Positions 19,249 through 29,476 of a stretch of 52,626 nt of DNA are shown in pieces. Below the pieces are notes generated by a model. It saw only the letters and a program-made list of their open reading frames with translations, did no database searches and was not told the origin of the DNA. The stretch is from Deltaproteobacteria bacterium (lineage in GTDB: Bacteria; Desulfobacterota; GWC2-55-46; UBA9637): contig JACPZB010000018.1 of the NCBI GenBank assembly GCA_016195725.1, positions 1 through 52,626 on the forward strand, written 5' to 3'. The position numbers and the translations under genes were made by a program. Position 1 is the stretch's first letter. The number at the start of each line of letters is the position of its first letter.

Positions 19249-19441
19249 CCGGCTTCTCCACCAAAGCCATAGCCCTGCCGCAGCACTTAGGCTCCATAAC
19301 TCCAACGCCGCCCTTTGTAACCATTGCCATTGTCCCACATATGGAACAGCGGTATGCCTTGCCAACATGAATAGTCCACTCCTTTGTCCAATCATCCACC
19401 GACCATTCTTGGCTGCTTGAAAAATCCATCTCTTCTGCCAT
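19235..19441 (-). CDS. Desulforedoxin-like protein
   Basis: YRCSICG..EPKCCG; GGAGG before ATG 19441. Confidence 0.8.
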   Translation of the reverse strand: MAEEMDFSSSQEWSVDDWTKEWTIHVGKAYRCSICGTMAMVTKGGVGVMEPKCCGRAMALVEKPDDIR

Positions 19442-19459
19442 AGAGCCTCCCATGAAACC

Positions 19460-19578
19460 AACTCAAATCTCAAAACGCAAAAGTCAAAACTATAACTTTA
19501 CAACGCAAGGCCTTATTTGAGATCAGTTTTAAGGTTTTGTGTTTTAGTTTTGAGATTTGACATTTGAGTTTTGAAATT
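19460..19578. repeat. Inverted heptamer tandem array (CTCAAAA / TTTTGAG)
   Basis: actcaaa-tctcaaa-acgcaaa-agtcaaa facing tttgaga-tttgaca-tttgagt-tttgaaa. Confidence 0.85.
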
Positions 19579-19584
19579 ATCCTT

Positions 19585-20802
19585 TTACAGCGTATATTCC
19601 AAATTTTTAAAACTAAAACCCTTCAACAGAGGATTTTCAATGCCTTTATGCTGAATAAGAACTTTGAAATCATCGCCCATGCCACCAGACATCATAAGTT
19701 CCTTAATCCCTTGATTCCATTTAAAGGTTTCCAGATTATTTATAGTTAGCTCCGCTGTCTCTTTGAGTTCCTCAAGTATGCCAAGGCCCATGAGAAAATA
19801 AAACTGGGTTGTAAAACCAGCAACCTCAAGGCCAGCATCTCTGCCTGACATTGTAAGGGTAGTAAAGTCCACCTTTGATGTTATATCCTGATATCCAATC
19901 CTCTGGAACGGGTTGTCATTCATTGTGTGCCTGTAATGACATTGAAGGTTAGAGCCTCTGCCTGGCTGAAAGAGCTCTTTTGCAGGAAGACCGTAATCTA
20001 TAGTAATAACAAAACCCTTATCCAAGAACGCCCCTATAGACTTAATCCAGTCAATTGCATGTAAATTTACCTCTCCCCTTTGTCCATAGCCAATTTTAAC
20101 TCCAAGCCTGTCAAAATAATCATTAAGACTCTGTGTTGAGGGCTCTTCTATTGCTTCAATAAATCCTGCACTTTCATAATCTACATAGACTTCCTTTAGG
20201 CCGTCCATTTCAATAACCCGATGGATAGGAAATGCATCGACGAGTTCGTTGGAGATAATGCAACCGATAATGTTTGGCTCAATTTCTTCTATTGCAGAAT
20301 GGCAGGAAAATTTTTTATTTGCCTTTCCTGTTGGAACCGCCTTCACCCCGTTAGGAGGCTCTGATATATGGGTGCTATTCTTGTCTAACTGGGCAACATT
20401 CTTCTCTATGGACCTTCTACCGGGGTTCAGGTCAACCAATTTAAAATCAACTGCCTTATGGAACTCCGGGAATAAATCTTCTACGACATCCTCAACCTGA
20501 AATGATAAATCTCCTCTGCCTGCACCAATCTCTACAACGGTAAACTGAGAAGGACATCTCAGAATATCCCACATCTGGTATAGTTGTGATGCAAGCAGCT
20601 TGCTGAAAACAGGGCTTATATCGCTATTGGTCAGATAATCACCATGTTTCCCCCATCTTACTCTATCTGAGGTATAGTAGCCTTTGTCAGGCCAATAAAG
20701 GGCAATCTCCATAAATTCAGCAAATGTTATCCTGCCCCTTTGCTGAATCTGTCTCTCTATTTCGGAAACAAGGTCAGGATGGCCAAGGATGCTGTCAACC
20801 AC
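19585..20802 (-). CDS. MidA/NDUFAF7-family SAM-dependent methyltransferase
   Basis: [41 protein letters not shown] and QDITSKVDF. Confidence 0.92.
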   Translation of the reverse strand: MVDSILGHPDLVSEIERQIQQRGRITFAEFMEIALYWPDKGYYTSDRVRWGKHGDYLTNSDISPVFSKLLASQLYQMWDILRCPSQFTVVEIGAGRGDLSFQVEDVVEDLFPEFHKAVDFKLVDLNPGRRSIEKNVAQLDKNSTHISEPPNGVKAVPTGKANKKFSCHSAIEEIEPNIIGCIISNELVDAFPIHRVIEMDGLKEVYVDYESAGFIEAIEEPSTQSLNDYFDRLGVKIGYGQRGEVNLHAIDWIKSIGAFLDKGFVITIDYGLPAKELFQPGRGSNLQCHYRHTMNDNPFQRIGYQDITSKVDFTTLTMSGRDAGLEVAGFTTQFYFLMGLGILEELKETAELTINNLETFKWNQGIKELMMSGGMGDDFKVLIQHKGIENPLLKGFSFKNLEYTL

Positions 20803-20888
20803 TGCTTACCTCCATAGAGGCATTATTATAGCAAACTATTCTCAAGAAAGGAAATAAAACAACACCTCTACGGAAGGCATATTCAACT

Positions 20889-21125
20889 TCAATCTTCCAA
20901 TACCCCAATCTTTTTCACACCCTCGAAGATCTCTGCCCCATGGGGCGCATCTCCCAGTTCAGCTGTTAAATCCACGCCTGCGAAATGCGATTCCAGATGA
21001 TTTCCATCTGTCCAATACAGATTATCCGTCACATCGTATACGCTGCCGTTGTATGCTATATATGCAGGCCTGCCGTCTTTACCGTCAAAATTCTGTAAAC
21101 CCTTCTTTGAGATTCTCTTTTCCAC
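20889..21125 (-). CDS. Cytochrome b5-like heme/steroid-binding domain protein
   Basis: FDGKDGRPAYIAYNGSVYDVT, HFAGVDLT and APHG. Confidence 0.9.
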   Translation of the reverse strand: MEKRISKKGLQNFDGKDGRPAYIAYNGSVYDVTDNLYWTDGNHLESHFAGVDLTAELGDAPHGAEIFEGVKKIGVLED

Positions 21126-21154
21126 TTTAATCGAGCAGATCCTTCCCTAAATTA

Positions 21155-21217
21155 CAGGCGATGGGCTATAGGCTATTGGTTTGCCTACCGCCCATTTACC
21201 TATCGCCTGTTGCCTGT
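21155..21217. repeat. Inverted heptamer tandem array (GATAGGC family)
   Basis: gatgggc-tataggc facing gcctacc-gcccatt-tacctatc-gcctgtt-gcct. Confidence 0.75.
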
Positions 21218-21219
21218 CT

Positions 21220-21645
21220 TCACTTTCTTATTCCCAGGGTTGTCTCCCATGTGTCAGCATGCCCCTCTTCATCAGAAAGAATCTGCTCCAGCATAAGCCT
21301 TGTGGTCGGATCACTCTCCTGCTCGCATAACTTTATATGGTCTTTATATCTCTTTATTGCATCATTCTCGGCAGCAAGGTCATCCTTTATCATTTTCTTA
21401 AGATCGCCTCCACGCGCTATATTAGTGGGTTTCTGCACAGGAATTCCGCCAAGATACACAATCCTTTCTGCCAGTATTTCAGCATGTCTCATCTCGTCAA
21501 TAGAGGTCTTTTTGAATATCTCTATCACTGCCGGACTCTCAAGCCCCTCTGCCTCGTAGTGGTGTCCCATATACTGGATTATTGCCGCAAGCTCATACGC
21601 CCTGTCCTCATTCAATGCATCTACAATCTCTTTGCTCATATCCAA
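21220..21645 (-). CDS. Bacterioferritin/ferritin-like protein
   Basis: ELAAIIQY, DEMRHAE..AERI..LGG, AENDAIKRY and DEEGH. Confidence 0.9.
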   Translation of the reverse strand: MDMSKEIVDALNEDRAYELAAIIQYMGHHYEAEGLESPAVIEIFKKTSIDEMRHAEILAERIVYLGGIPVQKPTNIARGGDLKKMIKDDLAAENDAIKRYKDHIKLCEQESDPTTRLMLEQILSDEEGHADTWETTLGIRK

Positions 21646-21812
21646 CTCCTCCTTTTTATTTTAAAATCTTGCTTTATGATGACACTATAGCAGAGGAATC
21701 CCGACTTTGCAAATGCAAAAGGGCTCTTTTTATGCACCCTTTTTGCAAATCACCCCCCCTTTTTGTCAGAGGATTGCGTTTGCTCAAAATGCATCTGCAT
21801 TGTGGGCCAATC

Positions 21813-23435
21813 CTAATCTTCTTTTGCAGCCTCTAACATCGGATATGCTATATTCGCAATATAGGAGTTTATCCTTTTGAGGTTTGTTAAAACATCCAGA
21901 TGTATGGCGCTCGTATCTATGGATTCCCTCAAACCGAGATGAAGGCGGTTTATATGGGCCTGCCTTAAATCCCTTTCTATTTCTCCAAGTCTTGTCTTAT
22001 GCCGCAGGAGTTTATGGGCAAGTTCAATATCCCCGCTTGCAAAGGCTGATATGCCCAACTCAAAATTTTCCATGACTTTTTGATGAAATTCCAGAATCTC
22101 ATTCAACCCTTCACCGGAAAAAGACAATTGATTTTTAATCTTTTTCTTTGCGAGTTCCATCAGGTTTTTATCTATCACATCGCCGATATTTTCAAGATTG
22201 TTTGTAAAGGTAATTATCTCCATCTCTCTCTTTGCCTGCTCAGAAGTCAAACCCTCTTGAGATAGCTTTGTGAGATACAATTTTATCTCTCTGTCAAGCG
22301 CATCTACCTCATCATCTTTTTCCTCTATTGCCTCCAGAAGTCGTGCATCGTTTGCCCTAAAAACCTCAATGGAGTTTTTCAGCATATCCTGCACTATGTC
22401 TGCCATTCTGAGCGCCTCTCGTGTTGCCTGGCCAATCGCCAGAGGAGGGGATGTGAGGACACGCTTATCCAGATATTTCGGCCCAAACTTTCCTTCGGAA
22501 GGCGCACCTTCTATCAGCAACATCTCAATAAACCTTGTAAAAGGCCCGATAAAAGGCAGAAATACTAGGGTAATTGCGATATTAAAAAAGGTATGGGCAT
22601 TTGCAATCTGCCTCGGAAGGTTTCCAGCGCTTAGACCAACAAGATGGGTAAACGGCGTTAAGAAAGGAAGGATAATGACAACACCTATTACCTTGAAAAA
22701 CACATGCGCAATGACAACACGCTTGGCGCCCACAGGTGCGCCAACGCTGGAGGCAATTGCGCTGACGCATGTCCCTATATTTGCGCCTAACACAATCGGC
22801 ATCGCGGCATCCAGGGTAATAAGGTTATTGTGCGCTGCTGTCAGTGCAAGGCCGATGGTGGCTACGCTGCTGTGGAGTACGGCGGTCAAGAGCGTGGCTA
22901 TAATTATCCCTGCAACAGTATCTCTGCCAAAATTTATCAGAATTTCTTTAAAGAGAGGATCGCTGGCGAGCGGTGAAAAAACATCTGTCAATACCTTTAA
23001 GGCGAGGAATATAAACGCAAAACCCAAGACAGCCCGGCCCAGATCGTGAAAAGGGCCTTTCCTGCCCAAAAATTCCAAAAATATGCCGATACCAATAAAG
23101 ACTATTGCATAATCGTATATCTTAAAGGCGATTATTTGAACTGTGATGGTTGTGCCGATATCCGCGCCGAGGATAACCCCCATAGTTGCGGAAAGGCTTA
23201 AGAGTCCTGAACCTGCGATACTCACCAACATAATGATTGTAGCGCTGGAACTTTGCAGGAGCGCAGTTATTAACGCGCCAAAAACCACACCCTTCACGCG
23301 GTTGCCTGTAATGGCCATGAGAAATCCTCTGAGCCTGGCCCCGGCCGCCTTCTGCATACCGTCGCCAGCCATCTTCATGCCGTAGAGAAGCAGTAAGATG
23401 CCGCCAAAGAGCGTAAGGAGGTTAATGGTTGTCAT
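21813..23435 (-). CDS. Na+/Pi cotransporter with PhoU domains
   Basis: QSSSAT, GADIGTT, HSSVA, GANIGT and LENIGD. Confidence 0.94.
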   Translation of the reverse strand: MTTINLLTLFGGILLLLYGMKMAGDGMQKAAGARLRGFLMAITGNRVKGVVFGALITALLQSSSATIIMLVSIAGSGLLSLSATMGVILGADIGTTITVQIIAFKIYDYAIVFIGIGIFLEFLGRKGPFHDLGRAVLGFAFIFLALKVLTDVFSPLASDPLFKEILINFGRDTVAGIIIATLLTAVLHSSVATIGLALTAAHNNLITLDAAMPIVLGANIGTCVSAIASSVGAPVGAKRVVIAHVFFKVIGVVIILPFLTPFTHLVGLSAGNLPRQIANAHTFFNIAITLVFLPFIGPFTRFIEMLLIEGAPSEGKFGPKYLDKRVLTSPPLAIGQATREALRMADIVQDMLKNSIEVFRANDARLLEAIEEKDDEVDALDREIKLYLTKLSQEGLTSEQAKREMEIITFTNNLENIGDVIDKNLMELAKKKIKNQLSFSGEGLNEILEFHQKVMENFELGISAFASGDIELAHKLLRHKTRLGEIERDLRQAHINRLHLGLRESIDTSAIHLDVLTNLKRINSYIANIAYPMLEAAKED

Positions 23436-23441
23436 AAATAC

Positions 23442-23547
23442 AGGTTGTTAGGGTGTCAGATTTTAGGTAATAGGCCGCAGGTTAGAGGTTTTCCTATCAC
23501 CTATCGCCTATCGCCTATCATCCATCACCTATTTCCCATCACCTGCC
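23442..23547. repeat. Inverted heptamer tandem array (GATAGGY family)
   Basis: ttaggt-aataggc-cgcaggt facing cctatca-cctatcg-cctatcg-cctatca-tccatca-cctattt-cccatca. Confidence 0.85.
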
Positions 23548-23551
23548 TTTG

Positions 23552-24571
23552 TCATACAATCGTCTTTATTTCCTGCAGATATCTTGCAGATTCCTCGGGT
23601 GGGACAGGGTTTATGTATATGCCTGTTCCAAGCTCAAAACCGGCGGCAATAGTAAGCCTTGGGGTTATTTCAAGATGCCAGTGAAACTGGCCGATAACTC
23701 CTGAATTAATAGGGCTGTTAATAATGGTGTAATTATAGGGAGGATCATTAAGGCAGAGTTCTAATTTTAAAAGAATCATTTTTAATGTGATAGACAGCTC
23801 ATCTATCTCCGTCTCGTTCATCTCTACAAATGATGCGCTATGTCTTTTGGGTATTATCCATGTCTCAAACGGATGTCGTGCAGCATAAGGCTCTATGGCT
23901 ATAAAAGAGTCGCTTTCAATTACCGTCCTCGTCTCCCCTCCTGATTCTGCCATAATGATATCGCAGTATGCGCAGTTATCTCTGTAGTCATAGTACTGCT
24001 CTATCCCTTTAATCTTTATCCACACCTGCTGAGGAATCATGGGGGTGGCAATCAGTTGGGAATGGGAATGTTCAATGGATGCGCCTGCAATTTTACCATG
24101 ATTTTTGAATATGAGAATATATTTTAAACGAGGGTCTTTACAGAGGTCTACATATCGTTCCCTATATGCCCACAAGACTTCCTTCGTCTGTGATTCAGGA
24201 AGCCTTGAGAGCGGCTTCCCGTGCTCCGGTGTTTCAATGATTACCTCATGAGCGCCAATACCATCCATCCTGTCATATATTATATGCTCGCTCCTATTCA
24301 GTTTCCCTTCTACCATAAGCGCAGGAAAACGGTTGGGTATAACCCGCACCCACCACCCTGATGAATTTGGCTTGGCGCTTTTATCTCTAAAAGCGAGTAT
24401 CTCGGCTGGGGTTTTTGATTCATTGCCGGAACAGAAAGGGCATATAGAATGATCCTTTGTAACTACTGCCTGAGCCTCATGTTGATGGTGAAAATCCGAT
24501 AGCCTTCTTGCCCTTTCAGGGGCCATGATAACCCATTCTCTGGTTATAAGGTCTTTTCTTAATTCAGACAT
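23552..24571 (-). CDS. galT: Galactose-1-phosphate uridylyltransferase family protein
   Basis: CPFC.GNE, PNRFPAL, GAHEVIIE and GASIEHSHSQ; start ATG 24571. Confidence 0.92.
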   Translation of the reverse strand: MSELRKDLITREWVIMAPERARRLSDFHHQHEAQAVVTKDHSICPFCSGNESKTPAEILAFRDKSAKPNSSGWWVRVIPNRFPALMVEGKLNRSEHIIYDRMDGIGAHEVIIETPEHGKPLSRLPESQTKEVLWAYRERYVDLCKDPRLKYILIFKNHGKIAGASIEHSHSQLIATPMIPQQVWIKIKGIEQYYDYRDNCAYCDIIMAESGGETRTVIESDSFIAIEPYAARHPFETWIIPKRHSASFVEMNETEIDELSITLKMILLKLELCLNDPPYNYTIINSPINSGVIGQFHWHLEITPRLTIAAGFELGTGIYINPVPPEESARYLQEIKTIV

Positions 24572-24608
24572 AGTTTTTTTGCCTAACACAACAGTGTTAT
24601 TTTATAAA

Positions 24609-24690
24609 TAACGCAAAACTTTCCTTCTTTAAAGTTAGAAGACTTTGCGTTTTAGTTTTGAGATTTGACATTTGAGTTTTGAGTTTTCCT
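24609..24690. repeat. Heptamer array sharing a >30-bp identical tract with 19541-19574
   Basis: gttttagttttgagatttgacatttgagttttga occurs at both loci. Confidence 0.85.
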
Positions 24691-25060
24691 ACCCCTTTTT
24701 CACCCATTCCTCTATTTTGTCCCTTATTTCTTCAGCGAGGTCCAAAAACTTTATCCCCATACCAGGCTCATGCGACGACCTGGGGATAAACTCCCTCCGC
24801 CATACAACACAACACTTGCATCTTGCCGGAGTTTTGTCCGGAAGAGAAAATTCTATGACAAACTCATCGCCGACATTTTTTGGATTAACGGATGCAATAA
24901 ACATCCCGCCTCGGCTTATGACCTTTGCGTAGCCAAAGAAGCTCTTATTCTCAGAATTCACCTTGACATTGAGAACAAGAAGCTGGTTTCTTAAATTTTT
25001 TCTCCTGTCAGGCCTAAGAAGCACATAGCCCTGTTTGTCTTTTTTGTCACCATTTGCCAT
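24689..25060 (-). CDS. Stand-alone PilZ domain protein
   Basis: DRRKNLR, ISRGGMFI, VVW and PGMGIKF. Confidence 0.88.
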   Translation of the reverse strand: MANGDKKDKQGYVLLRPDRRKNLRNQLLVLNVKVNSENKSFFGYAKVISRGGMFIASVNPKNVGDEFVIEFSLPDKTPARCKCCVVWRREFIPRSSHEPGMGIKFLDLAEEIRDKIEEWVKKG

Positions 25061-25580
25061 AGTGAATAATGCCCTCCAATGGCTTTCTGTTCTTCTCTTC
25101 TTTTACAAGAGGGGACTTTGGATAACCGACTGCTATTAGGGCAACAACCTCTATATTGACAGGTATGCCAAGAATCTCTCTAACCTTCGCCGGCTCGATT
25201 GCCGCAATCCAGCAGGTTCCAAGCCCTTCTGCTGTCGCAGCCCCGATCATCTCTGTTATGGCAATGGTAACATCAACCCACGCATAGTTTTTGCCGTCTG
25301 CCTTTCTCAGCCATGCGCTTTGCGGTTCTGCGCAGGCGGCAATAATAAGAGGCGCGGTCTTAAATCCCTCTTTGGTGAATACCTCGTATAATTTCTTAAC
25401 ATCTTGCTTTTCAATGATGATAAAATGCCACGGCTGGCGGTTGGCTGCGCTCTGCGCCCTTCGCAGCGCCTCTATCAGGCGCTCAAGTTTGTCTTTCTCT
25501 ATCTCTTTATCCAGGAACTCCCTTATGCTTTTTCTTCTTTCATAAAGCTCGTAAAAGGTCTCAAGCTTCTCATCCATCAC
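25047..25580 (-). CDS. Nitroreductase family protein
   Basis: RKSIREF, SAANRQPWHF, GLGTCW and VGYP. Confidence 0.93.
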   Translation of the reverse strand: MMDEKLETFYELYERRKSIREFLDKEIEKDKLERLIEALRRAQSAANRQPWHFIIIEKQDVKKLYEVFTKEGFKTAPLIIAACAEPQSAWLRKADGKNYAWVDVTIAITEMIGAATAEGLGTCWIAAIEPAKVREILGIPVNIEVVALIAVGYPKSPLVKEEKNRKPLEGIIHYGKW

Positions 25581-25599
25581 GTAGCCTCCGCCAAAACAG

Positions 25600-25679
25600 T
25601 TTCAAGTTGCAAGATTCAAGTTTCAAGAGTTCGCTTTTTGACTTGCAACTTGTACCTTGCAACCTGCATCTTGCAACTT
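25600..25679. repeat. Inverted heptamer tandem array (TTGCAAG / CTTGCAA)
   Basis: tttcaag-ttgcaag-attcaag-tttcaag facing cttgcaa-cttgtac-cttgcaa-cctgcat-cttgcaa. Confidence 0.9.
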
Positions 25680-26574
25680 AAATCATCGCCTCCACGAACT
25701 CCTTTGCGTCAAAATCCCGCAGGTCTTCAACACCTTCACCCACGCCTATAAAACGAATAGGTATCTTTAATTCATTTGCTATTGCCACTATTATGCCGCC
25801 TTTGGCCGTTCCGTCCAGTTTGGTAAGGGCTATGCCGGTAAGGCCGACTGCCTCGTTGAATATCTGCGCCTGAGCCAAGGCATTCTGGCCGGTGGATGCA
25901 TCCAACACCAGAAGCGCCTCATGCGGGCCGCCTGGAATTTCTCTGGACACAATCCTTTTAACCTTTTTTAACTCCTCCATCAAGTTTACCTTTGTGTGCA
26001 GCCTTCCTGCCGTGTCTAAAATCACAATATCAGCCTTTCTTGCCAGACCGGCCCGGACAGCATCAAAGGCAACCGCAGCCGGGTCGCCTCCCTGCTCTTG
26101 CTTGATAATATCACAGCCGGCCCTTTTTGCCCATATCTCCAACTGCTCTATTGCCGCTGCCCTGAATGTATCGCCTGCCGCAAGGAGAACCTTTTTACCC
26201 TCTGATGTAAATCTTGTCGCAAGTTTCCCGATGGTTGTTGTTTTTCCGACTCCGTTCACGCCCAGAGCCATTATTACAAAAGGTTTTGCCGTAATTTCCA
26301 GAGGTTTCTGACAGTCTTTTAGTATATTGAAAATCACCTCTCGCAAATAAATCTTAAGCCCTTCTGCGTCAGAACCCTTAAGCCCTTTCCTCATATCATC
26401 CACAATAAGACCGGATGTCCGGACGCCGACATCCGCGGTTATAAGGGTTTGCTCCAGCATCTCAGCCAATTCCTCCCGCGAAGGCCCGGAAGAAAAAAAT
26501 TCTTCTATCTTGTTAACAATGTTATTGTGAGTTTTGGCAAGACTTGATTTCAGGCGTTCTAAAAGGCTTTTCAT
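25678..26574 (-). CDS. ftsY: SRP receptor GTPase
   Basis: GVNGVGKTTT, DTFRAAA, DTAGR and TKLDGTAKGG; start ATG 26574 or 26586. Confidence 0.96.
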   Translation of the reverse strand: MKSLLERLKSSLAKTHNNIVNKIEEFFSSGPSREELAEMLEQTLITADVGVRTSGLIVDDMRKGLKGSDAEGLKIYLREVIFNILKDCQKPLEITAKPFVIMALGVNGVGKTTTIGKLATRFTSEGKKVLLAAGDTFRAAAIEQLEIWAKRAGCDIIKQEQGGDPAAVAFDAVRAGLARKADIVILDTAGRLHTKVNLMEELKKVKRIVSREIPGGPHEALLVLDASTGQNALAQAQIFNEAVGLTGIALTKLDGTAKGGIIVAIANELKIPIRFIGVGEGVEDLRDFDAKEFVEAMI

Positions 26575-26702
26575 AACAGTTTTCATAACATAGAATAATG
26601 ATTTTGAAAAGGAGATTTTGTAATTTTTTAGATTCACTTGACACAGCAATTTTAATAATATATATTTTATGGTAAGAAAGATTATCTAAGGAGGATGTAT
26701 AG

Positions 26703-27557
26703 ATGAACTTTTTAAAGACCACAGTACTTCTTGCCGTGCTCACAGCAATACTTGTATTTGCCGGTGACGCATTGGGCGGCAGGAATGGGGCAATGATGGC
26801 CCTTGTATTTGCAGGTATTATGAACTTTGGCGCATATTGGTTCAGCGACAAGATAGTGCTCATGATGTACGGCGCAAAAGAGGTGTCAGAGGCAGATGCG
26901 CCTGAATTGTATGCCATAACCCGTGATCTGACCATGAAGGCGGGCCTTCCTATGCCAAAGGTATATATCATGGAAAATGATACCCCCAATGCCTTTGCAA
27001 CAGGCAGAAACCCCCTTCATGCGGCAGTGGCGGCAACCGCAGGTATTATGAGGCTCCTGACGAGAGAGGAGCTGAGCGGTGTTATTGGCCATGAACTGGC
27101 CCATATTCAAAACAGGGATATACTTATATCCACCATCGCTGCTACTATTGCAGGCGCCATAAGCTATCTTGCGCACATGGCGCAGTGGGCAGCCATGTTC
27201 GGCAGTTCACGTGATGATGAAAGAGGCGGAAATCCGATAGCGCTTATTGTCATGATGATTGTTGCGCCTCTGGCAGCAATGATTATTCAGATGGCCATAT
27301 CCCGCTCAAGGGAATACGGCGCAGATGAAGGCGGGGCAAGGATAACCGGCAATCCCCTTTCCCTTGCAAACGCCTTGAGAAAGCTCGAATATGCCAACAA
27401 GAGAATCCCAATGGATGTTCCAAATGAGGCAACAGCGCATATGTTTATTGTAAGCCCGCTGAGCGGCGGAACCCTTTTGAGGCTTTTCAGCACTCACCCT
27501 CCTATTGAAGAAAGGATAAAGAGGCTTGAGGCAATGGGGGGTGGTCCAAGATACTAA
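26703..27557 (+). CDS. htpX: Zinc metalloprotease HtpX
   Basis: PNAFATG, HELAH, SRSREY.AD and FSTHPP. Confidence 0.96.
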   Translation: MNFLKTTVLLAVLTAILVFAGDALGGRNGAMMALVFAGIMNFGAYWFSDKIVLMMYGAKEVSEADAPELYAITRDLTMKAGLPMPKVYIMENDTPNAFATGRNPLHAAVAATAGIMRLLTREELSGVIGHELAHIQNRDILISTIAATIAGAISYLAHMAQWAAMFGSSRDDERGGNPIALIVMMIVAPLAAMIIQMAISRSREYGADEGGARITGNPLSLANALRKLEYANKRIPMDVPNEATAHMFIVSPLSGGTLLRLFSTHPPIEERIKRLEAMGGGPRY

Positions 27558-27561
27558 AGTA

Positions 27562-27601
27562 ACTGAACCTCCCTACCCTTTTTGGGGTAGGGAGGTTCAG
27601 T
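27562..27601. terminator. Hairpin between convergent genes
   Basis: 17-bp perfect stem actgaacctccctaccc / gggtagggaggttcagt. Confidence 0.75.
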
Positions 27602-27624
27602 AATAATAGCAAGCGGCAGTCCGA

Positions 27625-28320
27625 TTAGACTGTGGCTTCTGGATGTCTCTTTACATAGCTATCAATCGTCCATTTATCTTCTTCCTTCATGTCCAAAAAC
27701 TTAATACCTAAACGATTGGCTCCATGTTGGCTATCATTTAACATTCTTACCACCTTTCCCGAAGCATTTATTGGCGTAGAGTTGCCTGGGATAACAAATG
27801 AACAAAACACGATTTCCTCTACATTAAGGCCATGACTGGTTTCTATCAAGATACCACCCCTGCTAATATTTACTGTATTTCCCAGAAACGATTCTGAAGC
27901 AACCCCCTTTGTCATTCTTTCAACCCCTATTTTTGCAAGAATACGTATGTCGCATCTGAGAGGTATATTTAGATATTTCCCAATCTTTTTTAATAGCTCT
28001 GTAGCATTTATGGGCTTAGTTATATAATCATTGGCCCCTGACGCAAGACACATATCAGCATCTTTGGCGCTGCTTGTAACTATTATTATAGATACCTTCT
28101 TAAGATTGTTATCAGTTCTTATAATCCTGCATACCTCATCCCCATTCATTCCTGGCATATACAAATCACATAAAATAAGGTCAACCTTTTCTCTCTTATG
28201 TATATCTATGGCCTCTGGACCAGAGCTGGCTGTAAATATCTGAAGGTTTTGCCTCGTTAAAAAAGTTTTCTCCATCGACAGAAACAGCTTCACATCATCA
28301 ACAAGCAATATCCTTTTCAC
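27625..28320 (-). CDS. Receiver + PilZ domain response regulator (copy 1)
   Basis: LLVDD, DLYMP and KP; RCDIR and NISRGG. Confidence 0.9.
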   Translation of the reverse strand: MKRILLVDDVKLFLSMEKTFLTRQNLQIFTASSGPEAIDIHKREKVDLILCDLYMPGMNGDEVCRIIRTDNNLKKVSIIIVTSSAKDADMCLASGANDYITKPINATELLKKIGKYLNIPLRCDIRILAKIGVERMTKGVASESFLGNTVNISRGGILIETSHGLNVEEIVFCSFVIPGNSTPINASGKVVRMLNDSQHGANRLGIKFLDMKEEDKWTIDSYVKRHPEATV

Positions 28321-28472
28321 CCCGTTACACCTCCTCTAATCATTTTATTCTTAACTTAAACATAATAATTCTTTCCGTTTACACATACAGTCTAAAACAA
28401 TGAGCAGGCGGAACTGGGTTCATCCAGAACCTTCAATTTTGTGTTAATAATATTTTAAAAATTGGATGTGAG

Positions 28473-29165
28473 TTAGGCGGCAACTTCGGGATGCCCTTTT
28501 ATATAACTCTCAATAGCCCGTCTATCTTCTTCCATTATATCTATAAATTTAACACCGTAATAATTCATGCCAGGCTGATTACCATTGGCCTGCCTTACAA
28601 CCTCGCCTGTAGCAGTGATTGGGGTAGAGTTGCCTGGCAGAAAGAAGGAGCATGATACATTCTCTCCTATAGTAAAGGCATGTCTGGTTTCTATTAAAAC
28701 ACCGCTAACGCTGAGATTCACCGTATTCCCCAAAAACGATTCTGAACCAACCCCCTTTACACCCTCCACCCCTATTCTGGCAAGTATACGCACATCTCGC
28801 CTCATTGCAACATTGACATATTTGCCGACCTTTTTGAGAAGCTCTGTTGGATTTATAGGTTTGAGTAAATAATCATTCGCTCCAGCAGCCATACACATAT
28901 CAATATCTCTAGCGCTGGTTGTCACCATGATAATAGACACCTTCTTAAGCCCTTCCTCGCTTCGTATTCTTCTGCATACCTCATCCCCATCCATCCCTGG
29001 CATATACAAATCACATAAAATAAGGTCAACCTTTTCCTTTCTGTGTATATTTATTGCCTCTTGACCTGATATAGCTGTAAACAGATGGAGATTGCTTCTG
29101 GTAAGCAGAGTTTTTTCCAACTCAAGAAAAAGTTTCACATCATCCACTAAAAGCAGCTTTTTCAC
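28473..29165 (-). CDS. Receiver + PilZ domain response regulator (copy 2)
   Basis: LLVDD, DLYMP and KP; RRDVR and NLSVSG; close paralog of copy 1. Confidence 0.9.
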   Translation of the reverse strand: MKKLLLVDDVKLFLELEKTLLTRSNLHLFTAISGQEAINIHRKEKVDLILCDLYMPGMDGDEVCRRIRSEEGLKKVSIIMVTTSARDIDMCMAAGANDYLLKPINPTELLKKVGKYVNVAMRRDVRILARIGVEGVKGVGSESFLGNTVNLSVSGVLIETRHAFTIGENVSCSFFLPGNSTPITATGEVVRQANGNQPGMNYYGVKFIDIMEEDRRAIESYIKGHPEVAA

Positions 29166-29476
29166 CCTGTTAGACCTCCTTCTACCCCTTTAAACCTGAA
29201 TCTGAATACCCTATCAACGGCGTGACAGGCCAAGGGAGTTCATAGTGAGAAATTTAGCATATTGTTGTTTACAGGTCAATTGTTATGTTTTCATTAAGAA
29301 ATATTCTAAAAAGCATTTGGCTGAAAATAAATAGAATTGAGATACGTCTGATACAAAAGCTATTTGCTGATATCAACTGTATAACTTTACTATAAATCCA
29401 TCTATTGTCAAGCCTTGGAGATATGTGATATATTTTTTGCGCCGGCGAGGTTTTCTGGTCGTGGTGATAAACAAAG

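Noticed and set aside
18964-19473. Single 169-aa ORF in the track
   Set aside because: Its first ~75 codons overlap the real desulforedoxin-like gene in another frame; only 19248-18964 looks coding.
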